Assembly (NCBI GenBank): GCA_951406725.2
Contig: OX597816.1
Span: 171,802,001 to 171,866,000, forward strand
Source of the DNA: Octopus vulgaris
Taxonomy: Eukaryota
Direction: 5' to 3'
Length of the DNA: 64,000 nucleotides
Both the position numbers and the translations under genes were made by a program. The notes beneath the pieces were generated by a model. That model worked only from the letters and a program-made list of their open reading frames with translations. It had not been told where the DNA came from and searched no databases. Of this stretch, positions 13,016 to 28,747 are shown piece by piece (the first letter of the stretch is position 1; each line of letters starts with the position of its first letter).

Positions 13016-13480
13016 AACGACGTGACCAGCTGACTACAACCACCGATCACTAACAACAGCCAGCAAAACGTGCTCGTGTAAGGACAAATCTAGATGGTCA
13101 CACGGTAACCTCTGTATGAGTTGCACCCTCGTATATAACATACGGAGGCCCGTATGTGTACATAGGTGCCATGGCTGATTCATTCGAGAATCGATACCGC
13201 AACTACATCTCAAGCTTGAAAAAATAACTAACAGGCATACAACATGACTGGCGGATTTTCTCTGAAAACTAAAATCAGATAACATCAACTATGAACTGTC
13301 CTGGGTGTTTGTAAGACACGCACAACCATACAACATTCTTTCTAGATGTGGGTTGTGCTCGGAAGAATCTTTGTCCATTTTACTAAACAGAAAAAGAGTT
13401 ATTAACAGATTAACTGAACGAATTGCACGCTGCATACAGGCTAAGAAAGCCACTTTCCCTCACTATGGTTCATTACCCAC

Positions 13481-13629
13481 TTATCATCATCATTGTTCGA
13501 CCGTGGTCGAGACAATAGAATTTAGCATGCTACGCCAGACTTCACGGTCCATCATGGCATTACGGAGGTCCTGTTGCTGGATGCCTGTATCCCTGGAGAT
13601 TACATCAGGGTAGGAGAGTGTGCGCCCTC
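13481..13629 (-). mobile_element. RTE-group LINE 3' tip, same family as 1573-1955
   Basis: Reverse-complement match to 1806-1955, including the (TGA)n tail. Confidence 0.88.
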
Positions 13630-14074
13630 ACAGCTATAACTTGCATGCACCGAGAAAGCCACGGTTGGAAACACACATGTCTTTTAGTGATGGACATATT
13701 ACCACGTACGATACATGCCTAAATGTCTGAAAAAAAATGCATATGCGTGGTCGAGTCAATATATGCTTGCATATATGTATGTGTGTGTATCTCCCTTTCC
13801 GTCAATTCATGAGGTTAGAGGTTTGTGTTGCTCTTCGAGTCGTTTTTCCCTCTTACAATTGCCGGTACTAATTTGTACCTTTGTTTATTAACTTGCCTTT
13901 AGGTTTTAATTGCTAACGGGCCACCTATATTATTATGTATTTGATATATTTTAGTATATTAATATATTATAACATCTCATGATATATTTTTGAATTTTGC
14001 GCTAGCTTTCAACGGTTTTTATCATGCGTTTTACGAGGTGAACTACCCCTTTTTAACCCGGAGTATCAGTAAGA

Positions 14075-14127
14075 TTATCTGATGAGAATTAAGATTATAA
14101 TGGTCAGAGTTCGAAATCAGGTGATAA
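14075..14127 (+). ncRNA. Degenerate hammerhead ribozyme motif
   Basis: ttat CTGATGA gaatt...agttc GAAA tcagg TG ataa. The cleavage triplet is now GUG, so it is probably inactive. Confidence 0.5.
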
Positions 14128-14133
14128 GGAGAG

Positions 14134-14184
<51 letters not shown>

Positions 14185-14310
14185 CAGATGTATGTATATA
14201 TATATATTCTGCAAGCTACAGTCTATAATGTATATGTGATATAATATACATATACATACATATATGTATGTATATACAGACATATTTATATATGTGTGTG
14301 TATGTATGCA

Positions 14311-14354
<44 letters not shown>

Positions 14355-14699
14355 TATATAATAACTTACTTGGAGGAAACGAAATATGCATGTACTTATA
14401 TGCATGTGTATATTTATGCAGTATTTACGCAGATAGCACTTTGTAGTAATAAACCAAGGCCAGACACTGCGATCAAACTATTTACTGATTGCTGAAAGAT
14501 ATGTCTTGCCACTGGCAAAAAATAATAAACTTAGGCAATAACAAATGAGAAAACAAATACAACGACGTTCCTACGACTTGGCTATTGCAACACGTGACTA
14601 TATACAACGAAACCAATGCAACAATCATTGAATCTAGAACAGGAGTCCAAGAAAATATCTGACCCTCGATGCATGCATACATACATAAGGAATGTTTCA

Positions 14700-14985
14700 T
14701 TAAAGTCGTGTCTCGCCTTGACCTTCGAAACGCGGAGTGGATGAAACAAAGGCGACTGAAGAAGGGGAATTTTCCTTGTTTTGTATGTCCTGTACTCTAT
14801 TTTTTCGTTGTTTAAGAAAAATGTCCATTTCCTTGGTTTTGTGTTTATGTGTTTCTCATTGTGTTCGACGTTTTTTTGGTGTCCTGTACCCATATATGCA
14901 TGTATATGTACATGTAGAGATAAGTACGTACATATATGTATGTATATATGCATATGTTTTATTTTATTTATTAATTTATTATATG
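14700..14985 (+). mobile_element. Short non-coding dispersed element (probable PLE terminal repeat)
   Basis: Homologous inverted copy at ~36345-36615, sharing ccttcgaaac...ctga(a/t)gaaggggaattttccttg...tgtcctgtac. Confidence 0.65.
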
Positions 14986-15023
14986 ACGGGACGCACGCAT
15001 CCATTTCTAAGAAGGATTGTTCT

Positions 15024-15450
15024 ACATACATACATACATACATACATACATACATACATACATACATACATACATACATACATACATACATACATACATG
15101 CATACATACATACATACATACGTGCGTACGTACATACATACATACATACATGCATACATACATGCATACATACATACATACATACATGCATACATACATA
15201 CATACATACATACATGCATACATACATACATACATACATACATACATACATACATACATACATACATACATACATACATACATGCATACATACATACATA
15301 CATACATACATACATGCATACATACATACATACATACATACATACACACATACATACATACATACATACATACATACATACATACATACATACATACATA
15401 CATACATACATAAATACATACACACAAACATACATACATACATACATGCA
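15024..15450. repeat. (CATA)n microsatellite, ~425 bp
   Basis: Read directly from the sequence. Confidence 0.97.
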
Positions 15451-15859
15451 TCCATGATGGCTGTGAACTTGTAGACTAGTATGACCGTCACTGACAAATT
15501 ATCGTATCCTGGACGTTAAGGACAAGGGTTGTTAGCAATTCTCATCCCGAAATTAAAAGTTAATAACAGCTTGCCACCACATCACAACGATTCATCATTA
15601 CGATTCTAAGCAAGTAGTCCAGAAATTAGCAAATGCAAGATCTCCGACTTGGCAATAAAGTGGTAATATTTTGGAATTTCCTTCTCCCAGAGAGTTGTGC
15701 AAACATAGACACTCTCGGCAGTTGGATATCCGCTGATGCTACTAAGTTCATCCGTCCAGTGACAGGTTTCGTTTTTCATCCTGCACGATTTCCTACGAAA
15801 ATCACTCTCCTAACAAAACCGGCTTCGTAGGGATGCAGCTTTAAATTCATATATTTATA

Positions 15860-15870
15860 TTTATACATAC

Positions 15871-15933
<63 letters not shown>

Positions 15934-16262
15934 CATACGTACGTACATACACACATAAATATATACATGTATGTATGTATGCATGTATGTACGTATGTAC
16001 GTATGTATGCATGTATGCATGTATGTATGTATGTATGTATGTATGTATGTATGTATGCATGTATGTATGTATGTATGTATGTATGTATGTATGTATGTAT
16101 GTTTATATATATGTATGTATGTATTTATGTATGTATGTATGTATGCATCATGTATGTATGTATGTATGTATGTATGTATGTATGTATGTATGTATTTATG
16201 TATGTATGTATGTCATGTATGTATGTATGTATGTATGTATGTATGTATGTATGTATGTATAT
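15860..16262. repeat. (TA)n/(TATG)n microsatellite
   Basis: Read directly from the sequence. Confidence 0.95.
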
Positions 16263-16363
16263 ATTAAATAATGAAGGTAGAAATTGATATCAATCAATTA
16301 ATATCAATTTAAACCAGTAGTCTAGCATATTTAAAAAATTCGAAGATTTAAAAATTAATTGTA

Positions 16364-16453
<90 letters not shown>

Positions 16454-16474
16454 ATATATATATATATATAATTT

Positions 16475-16660
16475 TAATAAACGGGAAACAAAAAAACAAC
16501 AACAATGGAACAATTACAGTATTATTATTAATAGGCGCTCAGGAAATGGAAGCAGGGAGGTATGACGTTTCGAGCGGAGCTCTTCGTCGTAAACATAAAG
16601 AAGTAAGAGAGAGGAAAGAAAGATCCCGGAGCGGGCAACGGAGATAGAGAAAAAAACGGC
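16475..16660 (-). mobile_element. Diverged copy of the 4581-4762 HHR-bearing element
   Basis: Shares cgtttcgagcggagctcttcgtcg, cgctcaggaaa and aaagatccc, and abuts (TA)n. Confidence 0.7.
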
Positions 16661-16722
16661 TGGTGTTAGGAGTAGCACATATATATATACGATCGGTGGT
16701 TGTAGTCAGCTGGTCACGTCAT

Positions 16723-16771
<49 letters not shown>

Positions 16772-16776
<5 letters not shown>

Positions 16777-16951
16777 TGTTGTATTTAGGAATGGTCGTTT
16801 TGCCAGTTTTGCCAATAAAAACACACGCACTATTATATGTGCGTGTGTTTTTATTGGCTAAACTGGCAAAATGACCATTCCTAAATACAACAATATCTGT
16901 TTCAACACACGATTTCACATAAAAAAATCTTGCACAACAAATATATAAGCG
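16772..16951 (+). mobile_element. Fold-back element D, second copy
   Basis: Reverse complement of 12788-12970. Confidence 0.75.
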
Positions 16952-17370
16952 TATATATATATATATATAAATAGCAGTCAAAGAGTTATAGCTATTCTTT
17001 CTACTTAGCATTTTCTATTTTTGACTTGTTTTTTCATATATATATATATACACATATATATATATATGTATGTATGTATGTATATATACACACACACATA
17101 CTTACATACATGCATACATACTTTAAAACAGCTAGCACTATGTCTATCTCTGTTTGTCCAGCTCTCTGACATGGACATCAAAAGCAGTTTGCTGCTACAG
17201 TATTGTCTTTGCTGATAGGACCGTTTTGTTAGCTGAGTATTGAGTAAAAAACGTATATCAACTGTTCACATATATAGGTTTGAAATGTGTGTGTGTGTTT
17301 ATGTATACATAGCTATTATACATAAATATTTATGCATATATACATACATAGTCACAGACACACATATGCA

Positions 17371-17408
<38 letters not shown>

Positions 17409-17909
17409 TCCTCCCTATAGGACTGACTATTCATTACTCATTTCTTCAAGGGATATCTACAAATATGCTTGTGTATGTATGTATGTATGTTCGCACCCAT
17501 ATTGTAACAGAGAGGCAGTTATGTAGAACGAGAGGGAAGGGCAGAACAGATTTTGGGAGAGAGAGAGAGAGAGAGAGAGAGAGGTGGTGGAGAGGATATG
17601 GGTAACGAGTGATTACGAGAGTCATACTAAAAGCACTAGCAGTTGCATATTCTAAAGCATTCAGTCTTCTGTGATTTTGTGAATGTATCTGTTGGAATGT
17701 ATGTCTGCAGCAGTAATTTCATATTTCTGACCGGAAATATTCCCGTGGTTTATCTACCATAATCAGGGAACAAGGTCACGCAGCGTATATTGGCCTAATT
17801 TCCACAGTCATTTTGCTTTTGCTGGATGACAAGCGCTACAAAATGTATGATGAAATTTGAAAGGGTAAAAATAAATAGATGAGAATTCCAAATATCTCGA
17901 ACACGCTGC

Positions 17910-17940
<31 letters not shown>

Positions 17941-17994
17941 ATACCTGCTGGTAGTGGTGGTGGTGGTGGTGGTGGTGACGGTGCTTGCTGCTAT

Positions 17995-18645
<651 letters not shown>

Positions 18646-19060
18646 ACAAGATGTCATTGTTCCAGTTATTTAGCTCTAACTCAGCTGATTTAGTGGACCT
18701 GTCATCAAAGACGTTCCAATCGTGCCAGTCTTGCCGCATTTCTATTTTAAGTTATAATTTCTAACATAGGCGCAAGGCTACAAGATTGGGGAAAGGATTA
18801 GTCAATTAACTCGATCTAGTATTTGACTGGTCCGTATTTTGTCAGTTAGTAAATTAACTTGATCTAGTACTTGAGTGGTCTACGAAGGGATGAAAGGAAA
18901 AGCTGATTGTGACAGGATTTGAACCCAAAATGTGAAGAGCCAGCACAAATATCGCAAGGCATTTCGACGTTCTGTTAATTCTGCTAACTTTCCGTCTCCT
19001 TTTTCTTTTTGCAGTCTTAATGACGTATTCTTTAAATCAATAGCGTGGTATAATTTGAGG

Positions 19061-19682
19061 CTGACATTAAAACACGAATCGACTTCGCTCGTCAAGCCTT
19101 CAACCGACTCAATGCACGACTCTGGTCGAGATCTGAGATCCGACGCACCACCAAAGTACGGATCTACCAAGCACTAGTGCGAACGATTCTCCTTTACGGC
19201 AGCGAGTCATAACCGATGAGGGTGGAAGATGTTAAGCGACTAGTATCCTTCGATCACTTCTGTCTACGCCGCATCCTTCGTGTCCGATGGCATCACTTTG
19301 TCTCCAACAATTCGGTGCGACACCAGTGCAGAATCACCTCCCTCCGACAATTCATCCTAACGAGACGTCTGCGTTGGCTGGGTCATACCCTTTGTTGTCA
19401 ACCAGCAGAATTCATCTACGAAACAATTGCCCCAGCTCCCCTTTAGGGTTGGCGAAAGCGGTGTGGTGGGCAACGAAAAACCTGGCTGATGACAGTCAAG
19501 GCTGATCTGGAACCCAACCATGTTTACGGCGTTCGCCGCTGGAATAGGTAGTGGTTGGAGATCACGCGGTCGTTAGCCTCAAATTGCCAGGCCTGGTCAG
19601 TGTTTGTGAGAGATGCAGCACTAAGGATGAATGAAGCCAGCTCAAACCACCCCGGGTGAATGCTGTCTCAAGTCAAAGTCAA
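19061..19682 (+). mobile_element. 5'-truncated RTE-clade LINE
   Basis: ARQAFNRL..LW..TKVRIYQALVRTILLYGSES..FDHFCLRRILRVRW..RRLRWLGH..GGQRKTW, with a caagt-repeat tail. 13-bp TSD gtataatttgagg at 19048-19060 and 19683-19695. Confidence 0.92.
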
Positions 19683-19695
19683 GTATAATTTGAGG

Positions 19696-20194
19696 AAGAC
19701 TTGGTCGTTTTTTCTAGGAGTCCGAGCGACTTCTGTTAGTGATTATTGTTTAGCTATAGGTCAACCCTGATTGTTGAGACCAGAGTATTCAAGCCATAAC
19801 CGTCCCAAGTGATTTTCATACAATATAACCACGACTATTAATTAAATTGCTTTTTAAAAGATGGCGGGGTATAATTTGAGGGTAATTTGGTTACTTTTTG
19901 TTGGCGGTCGAGCAACTACATTGATTACGGTAGTGAATATTGTTATTTTAGTTGTTTAACAGTAATTCGGCCCCAGTCAAGTAGACTTTATAGTAAAAGT
20001 CAATACAGCCACAATCATTTACTTGATATTTTTTGATTCCGACATTGTAATTAAACAGTTAAGATTGCATTTGGTTTGAAGGAGAATTGTCTGCTATTTC
20101 TAGCAGGTCTAGAGAAATCTAGACAACAATGTATAGTTGCCCTTATTGGCTCGTCTTTGTTTATCCTTATTGGGGTCCTGACTGAGCAGCTCTA

Positions 20195-20200
<6 letters not shown>
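19696..20200 (+). repeat. Old ~180-200-bp dispersed repeat in degenerate tandem copies (…ggtataatttgaggg.gatttggctgctatttctagcaggtcgagc…)
   Basis: The motif recurs about 3 times here, and at ~2820-3010(-), 21305-21505, 23790-23880, 30150-30510, 37325-37555, 51650-52270(-) and 57940-58200(-). Confidence 0.6.
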
Positions 20201-20260
<60 letters not shown>

Positions 20261-20262
<2 letters not shown>

Positions 20263-21003
20263 TTTTACTCTTTTACTCTTTTACTTGTTTCAGTCATTTG
20301 ACTGCGGCCATGCTGGAGCACCACCTTTTTTTAGTACTTATTCTATCGGTCTCTTTTTGCCGAACCGCTAAGTGACGGGGACATAAACACACCAGCATCG
20401 GTTGTCAAGCAATGCTAGGGGGACAAACACAGACACACAAACACACATATACATATATATACATACTAGCAGTATCGCCCGGCGTTGCTCGGGTTTGTAA
20501 GGGAAATAACTATAAAGCATTTTTAGATAGTTATAGCCAAAATATAGCAAAAAAAATGGGAAAAAAATGATGGTAAATTTTTTTGAGAGTTAAAAGGTGG
20601 AGTTGGGTCAGACAGTCTGTGGTTTGTGTTTTGATTCACCCCATGTCGAATTTATCGATTTTTCAGAACTGGGGGAACTTTTCAAAATTTTCGCTGCGTT
20701 AGTTTTGAATTATGACATTGGGCTATGTGTGTGTCAAGTTTCATCAGAATCGGTTGAAAGCCGTGGTCAGAGTGAGGGTACAATCAAACAGACACACAGA
20801 AACACACACAGACAAACTGCCGTTTATATATAGAGAGATATACGACAGGCTTCTTTCAGTTTCCGTCTACCAAATCCACTCACAAGGCATTGGTCGGCCC
20901 GGGGCTATAGCAGAAGACACTTGCCCAAGATGCCACGCAGTGGGACTGAACCCGCAACCGTGTGGTTGGTTAGCAAGCTACTTACCACACAGCCACTCCT
21001 GCG

Positions 21004-21006
<3 letters not shown>
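20261..21006 (-). mobile_element. SINE family 1 with a Helitron nested in its internal microsatellite
   Basis: Tail at 20261-20465 and head at 20839-21006. Confidence 0.9.
20466..20838 (-). mobile_element. Non-autonomous Helitron (variant 5' half)
   Basis: On the - strand: 5' TC, 3' hairpin cccg-agcaacgc-cggg and terminal CTAG, inserted at A|T. Confidence 0.85.
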
Positions 21007-21076
<70 letters not shown>

Positions 21077-21083
<7 letters not shown>

Positions 21084-21295
21084 CTCACATGTCTTTGGGT
21101 CTGTGTTTGCCTCGCCACTTCCACCACTTGACAGCCGGTGTTAGCGTGTTTACTATCCCGTAACTTAGCGATTCAGCAAAAGAGAACGATAGAATAAGTA
21201 CCGTGCTTTTAAAAATAAGTATTGGGATCGATTCATTCGTTCTTCAAGGCGGTGCCCCAGCATAGCCGCAGTCTAATGACTGAAACAAGTTCAAG
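21077..21295 (+). mobile_element. SINE family 1 3' half (duplicate of 18426-18645)
   Basis: Near identity, including private mutations. Confidence 0.85.
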
Positions 21296-21937
21296 ACATA
21301 AGATGTCATTGTTCCAATTACTCTGCTGATTTAGTGGACCTATGACGTTTCAGTCATGACCCTAACATCCACACCTTGCACACTGCTCCCAGAACTGTAT
21401 CATTCAATATGTTTCTCTCTCTCAAAAAACATTTGGGTGTGAGCTGAGTGTAGATATGCTTGTTATTACTAGCATATTGAATGCCTACTTAGAAGTTCCT
21501 CATCCACATGAATTATTTAAACTGATCCAAATGAAAGAGATAAAATATGATCGCAATTCTGGCATGAATACCTTCTGCTAGGAAAGGAATAATGCTGTGG
21601 TTTTTGTTTGTGAGGAAACCTTTTCATAAGCATGTTGTGTGAAAAACTCGAAACGTATAAAAGCAAAGCGGACATCGTTGCAGCAGTGACTCACGAGAAC
21701 GTAAGACACATTTCACTTTTCTTAAGGCTTGTCAATGTCGTACACCTATTCGTCATATACCGCATGTGATGAACATACAAATCAGTGACAAGCCTCAAAA
21801 AGGTGAAACACGTGTGTCCACAAGTCTCTGCTGTGACTATATCCGTTTCACCTCGATATATATATATATATATATAAAGAGAGAGGGAGAGAGAGAGAGA
21901 GAGAGAGGTAGATAGATAGACACACACACAGACACAG

Positions 21938-21973
<36 letters not shown>

Positions 21974-22062
21974 GGCTCAAAATCATGAGGTGGTGAGTTC
22001 GATTCCCGGATCAGACTGTGTGTTGTGTGCTTGAGCAAGACACTTTATTTCACATTGCTCCA
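21974..22062 (+). mobile_element. SINE family 4 fragment
   Basis: gagttcgattccc B box and cttgagcaagacactttatttcacattgctcca core. Confidence 0.65.
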
Positions 22063-22107
22063 AGTAGAAAGAATGCTTTCTGGGACAGGAGAGTGTAAAG
22101 ATGGTCG

Positions 22108-22689
<582 letters not shown>

Positions 22690-23065
22690 TATAGTGTATT
22701 TTGAAGAGATTTTCTTCAGAGAAAGACCACAGCAGCATGCATTTCAACAGTGTATATACATCTAGTATGAAACAGTTACTATGTTTCAATCTTATTAGAT
22801 ATTCTCAACGAGACATTGTTGACTCACGGCCACTAAAAGCTTAGATTGACTAATGTACTCATGGTATTTCGTATGAAAATAATTCACTGGTCAGACAAAT
22901 TAACATAATGCTACTAGTGTTCATGACTTCTGAGTGACGATGTGAAAAGTCAATCCCAGTTTCATTTCAACTCAGTAAAATTCCTAACTAGTCACACAGA
23001 GTGTTGAAGTCAAATTTGTTTTCACCATCCGCACTGTGATATAACGTTAACATAGCAAATACCTA

Positions 23066-23232
23066 TAGGCGCGGGAGTGGCTGTGTGGTAAGTAGCTTGC
23101 TAACCAACCACATGGTTCCGGGTTCAGTCCCACTGCGTGGCATCTTGGGCAAGTGTCTTCTGCTATAGCCCCGGGCCGACCAATGCCTTGTGAGTGGATT
23201 TGGTAGACGGAAACTGAAAGAAGCCTGTCGTA

Positions 23233-23277
<45 letters not shown>

Positions 23278-23496
23278 TTGTGTGTCTGTGTTTGTCCCCT
23301 TAGCATTGCTTGACAACCGATGCTGGTGTGTTTACGTTCCCGTCACTTAGCGGTTCGGCAAAAGAGACCGATAGAATAAGTACCGGGCTTACAAAGAATA
23401 AGTCCCGGGGTCGATTTGCTCGACTAAAGGCGGTGCTCCAGCATGGCCGCAGTCAAATGACTGAAACAAGTAAAAGAGTAAAAGAGTAAGAGAGTA
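23066..23496 (+). mobile_element. SINE family 1, full length
   Basis: Matches 7446-7883. Confidence 0.93.
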
Positions 23497-23534
23497 TGTG
23501 TGTATGTATGTTTGCTTATGTATGTCTATGTATC

Positions 23535-23566
<32 letters not shown>

Positions 23567-24086
23567 TGTATGTATGTATGTATGTATGTATGTATGTATG
23601 TATGTATGTATGTATGGATGGATGTTTGTGCTGTGTGTGTATGTCTGTATGTGTGTGCGTATGTACGTGCCTGTGTAAGTTAAGGCTTTTACGTTGTTGC
23701 TTAACCCATTAATCATCCCTGATCGAGAATTATCTATTTTAGTCATGATCTCGTCTATCTTTCTACGCAGATACATTCTCTCTAATATTACATACACTAT
23801 CCAATGTATTGGGCTGTGATTTTGACCTGCTATTTCCTGTATCTTGAGTCACCACGAAAAGCTTCCATTATTGACTAGTTTTTACATTCTCTCGTGGTGG
23901 TCGTGTCTTCTGTGATAATGTTACTGACGTCTTCTACACATCTCATCTCACTCTCGTCTACGTTTTACTCTCTCATTAACCTTACTATATTTCATTAATT
24001 TCGCTGCTTCCATTTTCCTGCAGTGATTATCTCTTGTTGCAACTGCACAACGTTGAATTGCGCAAAGCTGGAATAGTTGAATAACT

Positions 24087-24504
24087 TAGGCGCAGGAATG
24101 GCTGTGTGGTAAGTAGCTTGCTAACCAATCACATGGTTCCGGGTTCAGTCTCACTGCGTGGAATCTTGGGCAGGTGTGTCTTCTACTATAGCCTCGGGCT
24201 GACCAATGCCTTGTGAGTGGATTTGGTAGACGGAAACTGAAAGAAGCCTGTCGTATATATGTATGTATATATATATATGTATGTGTGTGTGTTTGTGTGT
24301 CTGTGTTTGTCTCCCTAGCATTGCTTGACAACCGATGCTGGTGTGTTTACGTCCCCGTCACTTAGCGGTTCGGTAAAAGAGACTGATAGAATAAGTACTG
24401 GGCTTACAAAAGAATAAGTCCCGGGGTCGAGTTGTTCGACTAAAGGCGGTGCTCCAGCATGGCCGCAGTCAAATGACTGAAACAAGTAAAAGAGTAAAAG
24501 AGTA
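24087..24504 (+). mobile_element. SINE family 1, full length
   Basis: Matches 7446-7883. Confidence 0.93.
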
Positions 24505-25019
24505 ACTGACTCCTTCGGCCTTACTAGCATAAATATTCTAGATCCTACCGAAACATACTTCTGTTTTCATTTCTATTGTGAATAAGATATACCAACTGAA
24601 CTTGCTTTATAGTAGGGAATATAAGTTTGAAAATTGTTATAGTTTTGTTTTTTGTTTTGTTTTGTTTTGTTTCATTTTTGCTATACATTTTGTCTCCTAC
24701 AGTTACACTCAGACACAATCATTGTATATTGTCTTCCTCGCTCTCAAGTATAGGGTGAACGCAATTAAAAGCCTTAAGTAGCTACAGATACTAGGTTTCA
24801 CAATTCCTGATCATCTCCTCTTGCAATTTCCTTTTCATAACTGCAAGACCTGCATCGTCAAATCTTCGTCCACACGACTAGAAAATACTTCAGCTTCCAA
24901 CACTTTGAATTGTGGTCGATAATAATAAACTTTTGATACATTTCATAAAGGCTTACCATAACACTGAGTCTTAACTGTTTATGTATTAAGTCTACTGCAG
25001 GCCAATTAATCATATTGAC

Positions 25020-25475
25020 ATAGACCAATCATTGATCGAAATAAAGCAATCCAATAAGTGTTTTTCTATAAAATTCGATCAACTGTAGTTAAGATCTTTT
25101 AGTTACTCCTATCGTATGATGTGATAGCTAATGTATTTCTGGAAATAGACTGTTAATGTATTATCAAAGTAAAAACAAGTTCATTTTCTGGAAGCATATT
25201 TGGAGTGACAAAAATTATTTTCCCCACAAGACCTATCTGTTTATTGATATATGTTGGAAGGTTTTGAAATAAATTTTTGCACTATTTTTTAAAATAATAT
25301 TTGTTTTCACATTTGATTCCTGTAGTTGTTTTTCATATAGGGGTTTCCACATAGATTTTCAAAAATTTTCGTTACAGTATAAAGCGTTTGGAATCGTGTG
25401 AATCCATATTAATATCAGAAGTTGTTAAAGTTTCCCTCGTCAGAAATAATTCAGTCAAATGTTTCTTATTTCTAT
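25020..25475. repeat. Diverged local duplication, copy 1 (copy 2 at 27588-28495, split by a SINE)
   Basis: Shared collinear blocks gaccaatcattgatc.aaataaa, gttggaaggttttgaaataaat, ttgttttcacatttg.ttcctgt, gtttggaatcg and cagaaataat.cagtca. Confidence 0.75.
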
Positions 25476-26215
25476 TTAATTTCTAAGGGCAACAGAGCTT
25501 GTTGATATTCCTAGGCTACAACATCTATAGAGCAGCTTGCATTCTTAACTTTTTCAGAAATAAGTCTATGTATTCATGCATATCGTCTTCCTTATTAATT
25601 TCAGAAAGAAAAAAGAAATAGAAAAGAAAGAAGAAAGTAAAGAAAGAATAGGCTCCTATTTAAATAGGAAGCTTACTTTGTTAAAATCCAAACAGAAATA
25701 GTTTGAAAAACAACGCGCTAGACGAACTCTAAATCAAAAAGGATCTCGAATATGTTTATTCATCAACTCATGGCTTGAATTTTCAAAAGTAGAGATGATT
25801 CTCCGTTGATTATTTTCCGTCCCCGAGTGTCCTATGTCCTTCCTTAGAGTTATTTCTTTCGGCATGAAGCAACACCGAATATTATAATTACCGCTAAAAA
25901 TATGAATGTATCGGTCAGGGATAAGAAGCCACATCTAGCTAGGCTCTCTCGTTTTTGTCACCGCTGCAGTATTGGTCATTTGTAACAACCTTTGTAAACA
26001 AAGAAACATGAAAGGTTAGCCAGGAAACAACGAGATTTCACTGTTTCGAGCTGTTCTGTCCCTTTGTTTTCAGTTTCCTTCACTCTTCGAGCAGAACTTC
26101 TGTCTGACTTCTTGACTCATATGAAGCCTGGTACCAGGACAATATTTACCGGTGATATTTGATGCAGTATAGAAAATATGTCCATAGTGCATCAAGTATC
26201 ACATTGTAATACAAA

Positions 26216-26613
26216 TCTTTATATATAAAAGTGAGGTTGTGTGCTGTCTGTCTCCTACGATTTAGATTCCTAACTACTCCCACATTTTTCGGTGCAGTTT
26301 AACCAAAACCGGGTATCTTATAGTCGTGATTCATATCGAGCCCTTCTGGGTATTAGCGCGCGTCTACGATGAGTCTACGATTTAAAAAAAAATTACCATA
26401 ATTTTTTTCCATTTTAATGCATTTTTTCGCTATTATATAAGGGAAGTAACTCTCTAAAAATGTCTACGATGAGTCAACGATTAAAAAAAAATTACCATAA
26501 TTTTTTTCCCGTTTTTAATGCATTTTTTTGCTATTTTTTGGCTAAAACTCTCTAAAAATGCTTATATAGTTATTTCCCTTACAAACCCGAGCAATGCCGG
26601 GCGATACTACTAG
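26216..26613 (+). mobile_element. Non-autonomous Helitron
   Basis: a|TCtttatatataaaag ... cccg-agcaatgc-cggg cgatacta CTAG|t, with internal ~90-bp tandem repeats and no TSD. Confidence 0.92.
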
Positions 26614-27019
26614 TCTTCTATATATTTCATGCTGTGCTCCACTCACAAAATACACTGCGTATGAATAAGTCTGGTGCTTGCAAATGCGGTGTGAATGACC
26701 TTCATGTGTATGTTGGATAATATAATCCAAAAGGGTGCCCATAGTATCCTTCTTTTCACAAAAATTGAAAGAGTTTCCCCTTGAGAGTTGGTATCGTAAT
26801 GTGTAGCTTGAGTAAGTTACAAAAGAAATTGGATCGTATTTATAAGCGAGCGTGGTTTATTCATCGTTATGCAAACAACATTCAGCATTTGTGTTTAAGT
26901 GTGTGAGTGTGCACGTGTGCGCGTATGTGTATGTGTGAGAGAGAGAAAAAGAAAGAGACGTACTGACAGAGAGAGAGAGAGAGAGACAGAGAGAGAAGCA
27001 TTAAAAATAGAAGAGTTGA

Positions 27020-27535
<516 letters not shown>

Positions 27536-27720
27536 ATGTTTGTTTGTGTACTAAGTTTACTACAAACCAATTAAACACACTGACGCAGACCAATCATTGA
27601 TCAAAATAAAACAATATCCAGTTAGTATCTTTCTATAAAATGCGAACAACTGTATTCAAGATCTTCTAAGTTCCTCCTGTAGTATAAATGTAAAAGCTTT
27701 CTGGGAAGCGAATTTTGATA

Positions 27721-27939
27721 TACTCTTTACTCTTTTACTTGTTTCAGTCATTTGACTGCGGCCATGCTGGAGCACCGCCTTTAATCGAGCAACTCGACCC
27801 TCGCACTTATTCTTTGTAAGCCCAGTACTTATTCTATCGGTCTCTTTTGCCGAACCGCTAAGTGACGGGGACATAAACACACTAGCATCGGTTGTCAAGC
27901 AATGCTAGGGGGACAAAGACAGACACACAAACACACACA

Positions 27940-28002
<63 letters not shown>

Positions 28003-28176
28003 ACATATATACGACGGGCTTCTTTCAGTTTCCGTCTACCAAATCCACTCACAAGGCTTTGGTCGGCCCGAGGCTATAGTAGAAGACACTTGCCCAAGGT
28101 GCCACGCAGTGGGACTGAACCCGGAACCATGTGGTTGGTAAACAAGCTACTTACCACACAGCCACTCCTGCGCCTA
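27721..28176 (-). mobile_element. SINE family 1, full length
   Basis: Reverse complement of family 1. It splits the duplication copy. Confidence 0.93.
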
Positions 28177-28519
28177 TGTCATCAAAGTAATAACAAATTC
28201 CCATCTCGAAATATATTTGGAGGGACAACAATGATTTTCACACAATGCCTGTATACTTACTAATATAGGTTGGAAGGTTTTGAAATAAATCCTTGTACAT
28301 TGATTTTTAACTTTTGTTTTCACATTTGGTTCCTGTTGTCGTCATTCACACCATAGTTTTCACATAGGAATTCAAAAACTTACTTTACGGTATAGTGTTT
28401 GGAATCGGGTGTATCTATTCCTGTAACAGAGATTGTTGAAGTTTTCCTCTGCAGAAATAATCCAGTCATATGTTCCTTATTTACAACCATTTATAGTGTT
28501 CCTACACACATACATTCCT

Positions 28520-28526
28520 CCCTCCC

Positions 28527-28573
<47 letters not shown>

Positions 28574-28652
28574 TCTTTCTCTCTTAGTATCTCTCTCTCT
28601 TTTTCTCCCTATATATATATATATATATATATACATACATATGTGTGTGTGC

Positions 28653-28683
<31 letters not shown>

Positions 28684-28703
28684 CATACATATGTGTGTGT
28701 GTG

Positions 28704-28747
<44 letters not shown>

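Larger units (their letters stand above)
13040..14130 (+). mobile_element. PLE (Naiad/Chlamys-like) remnant: GIY-YIG endonuclease plus 3' pLTR, interrupted by an RTE fragment
   Basis: CSCKDKS..NLC..TLVY..VYIGAMADSFENRYRNY..LADFL*KLK..LSWVFVRHAQPYN..SRCGLCSEE (frameshifted). An HHR-like motif lies at 14075-14127. Confidence 0.8.

Noticed and set aside
14582-16287. Numerous long MYVC/HTYI/CVCV/YIYI ORFs here and throughout the window
   Set aside because: Stop-free microsatellites, not genes.
25734-26130. Possible additional GIY-YIG C-terminus on the minus strand (QRRIISTFENSSHELMNK) and hairpin at 26152-26202
   Set aside because: The similarity is too weak to call by eye.
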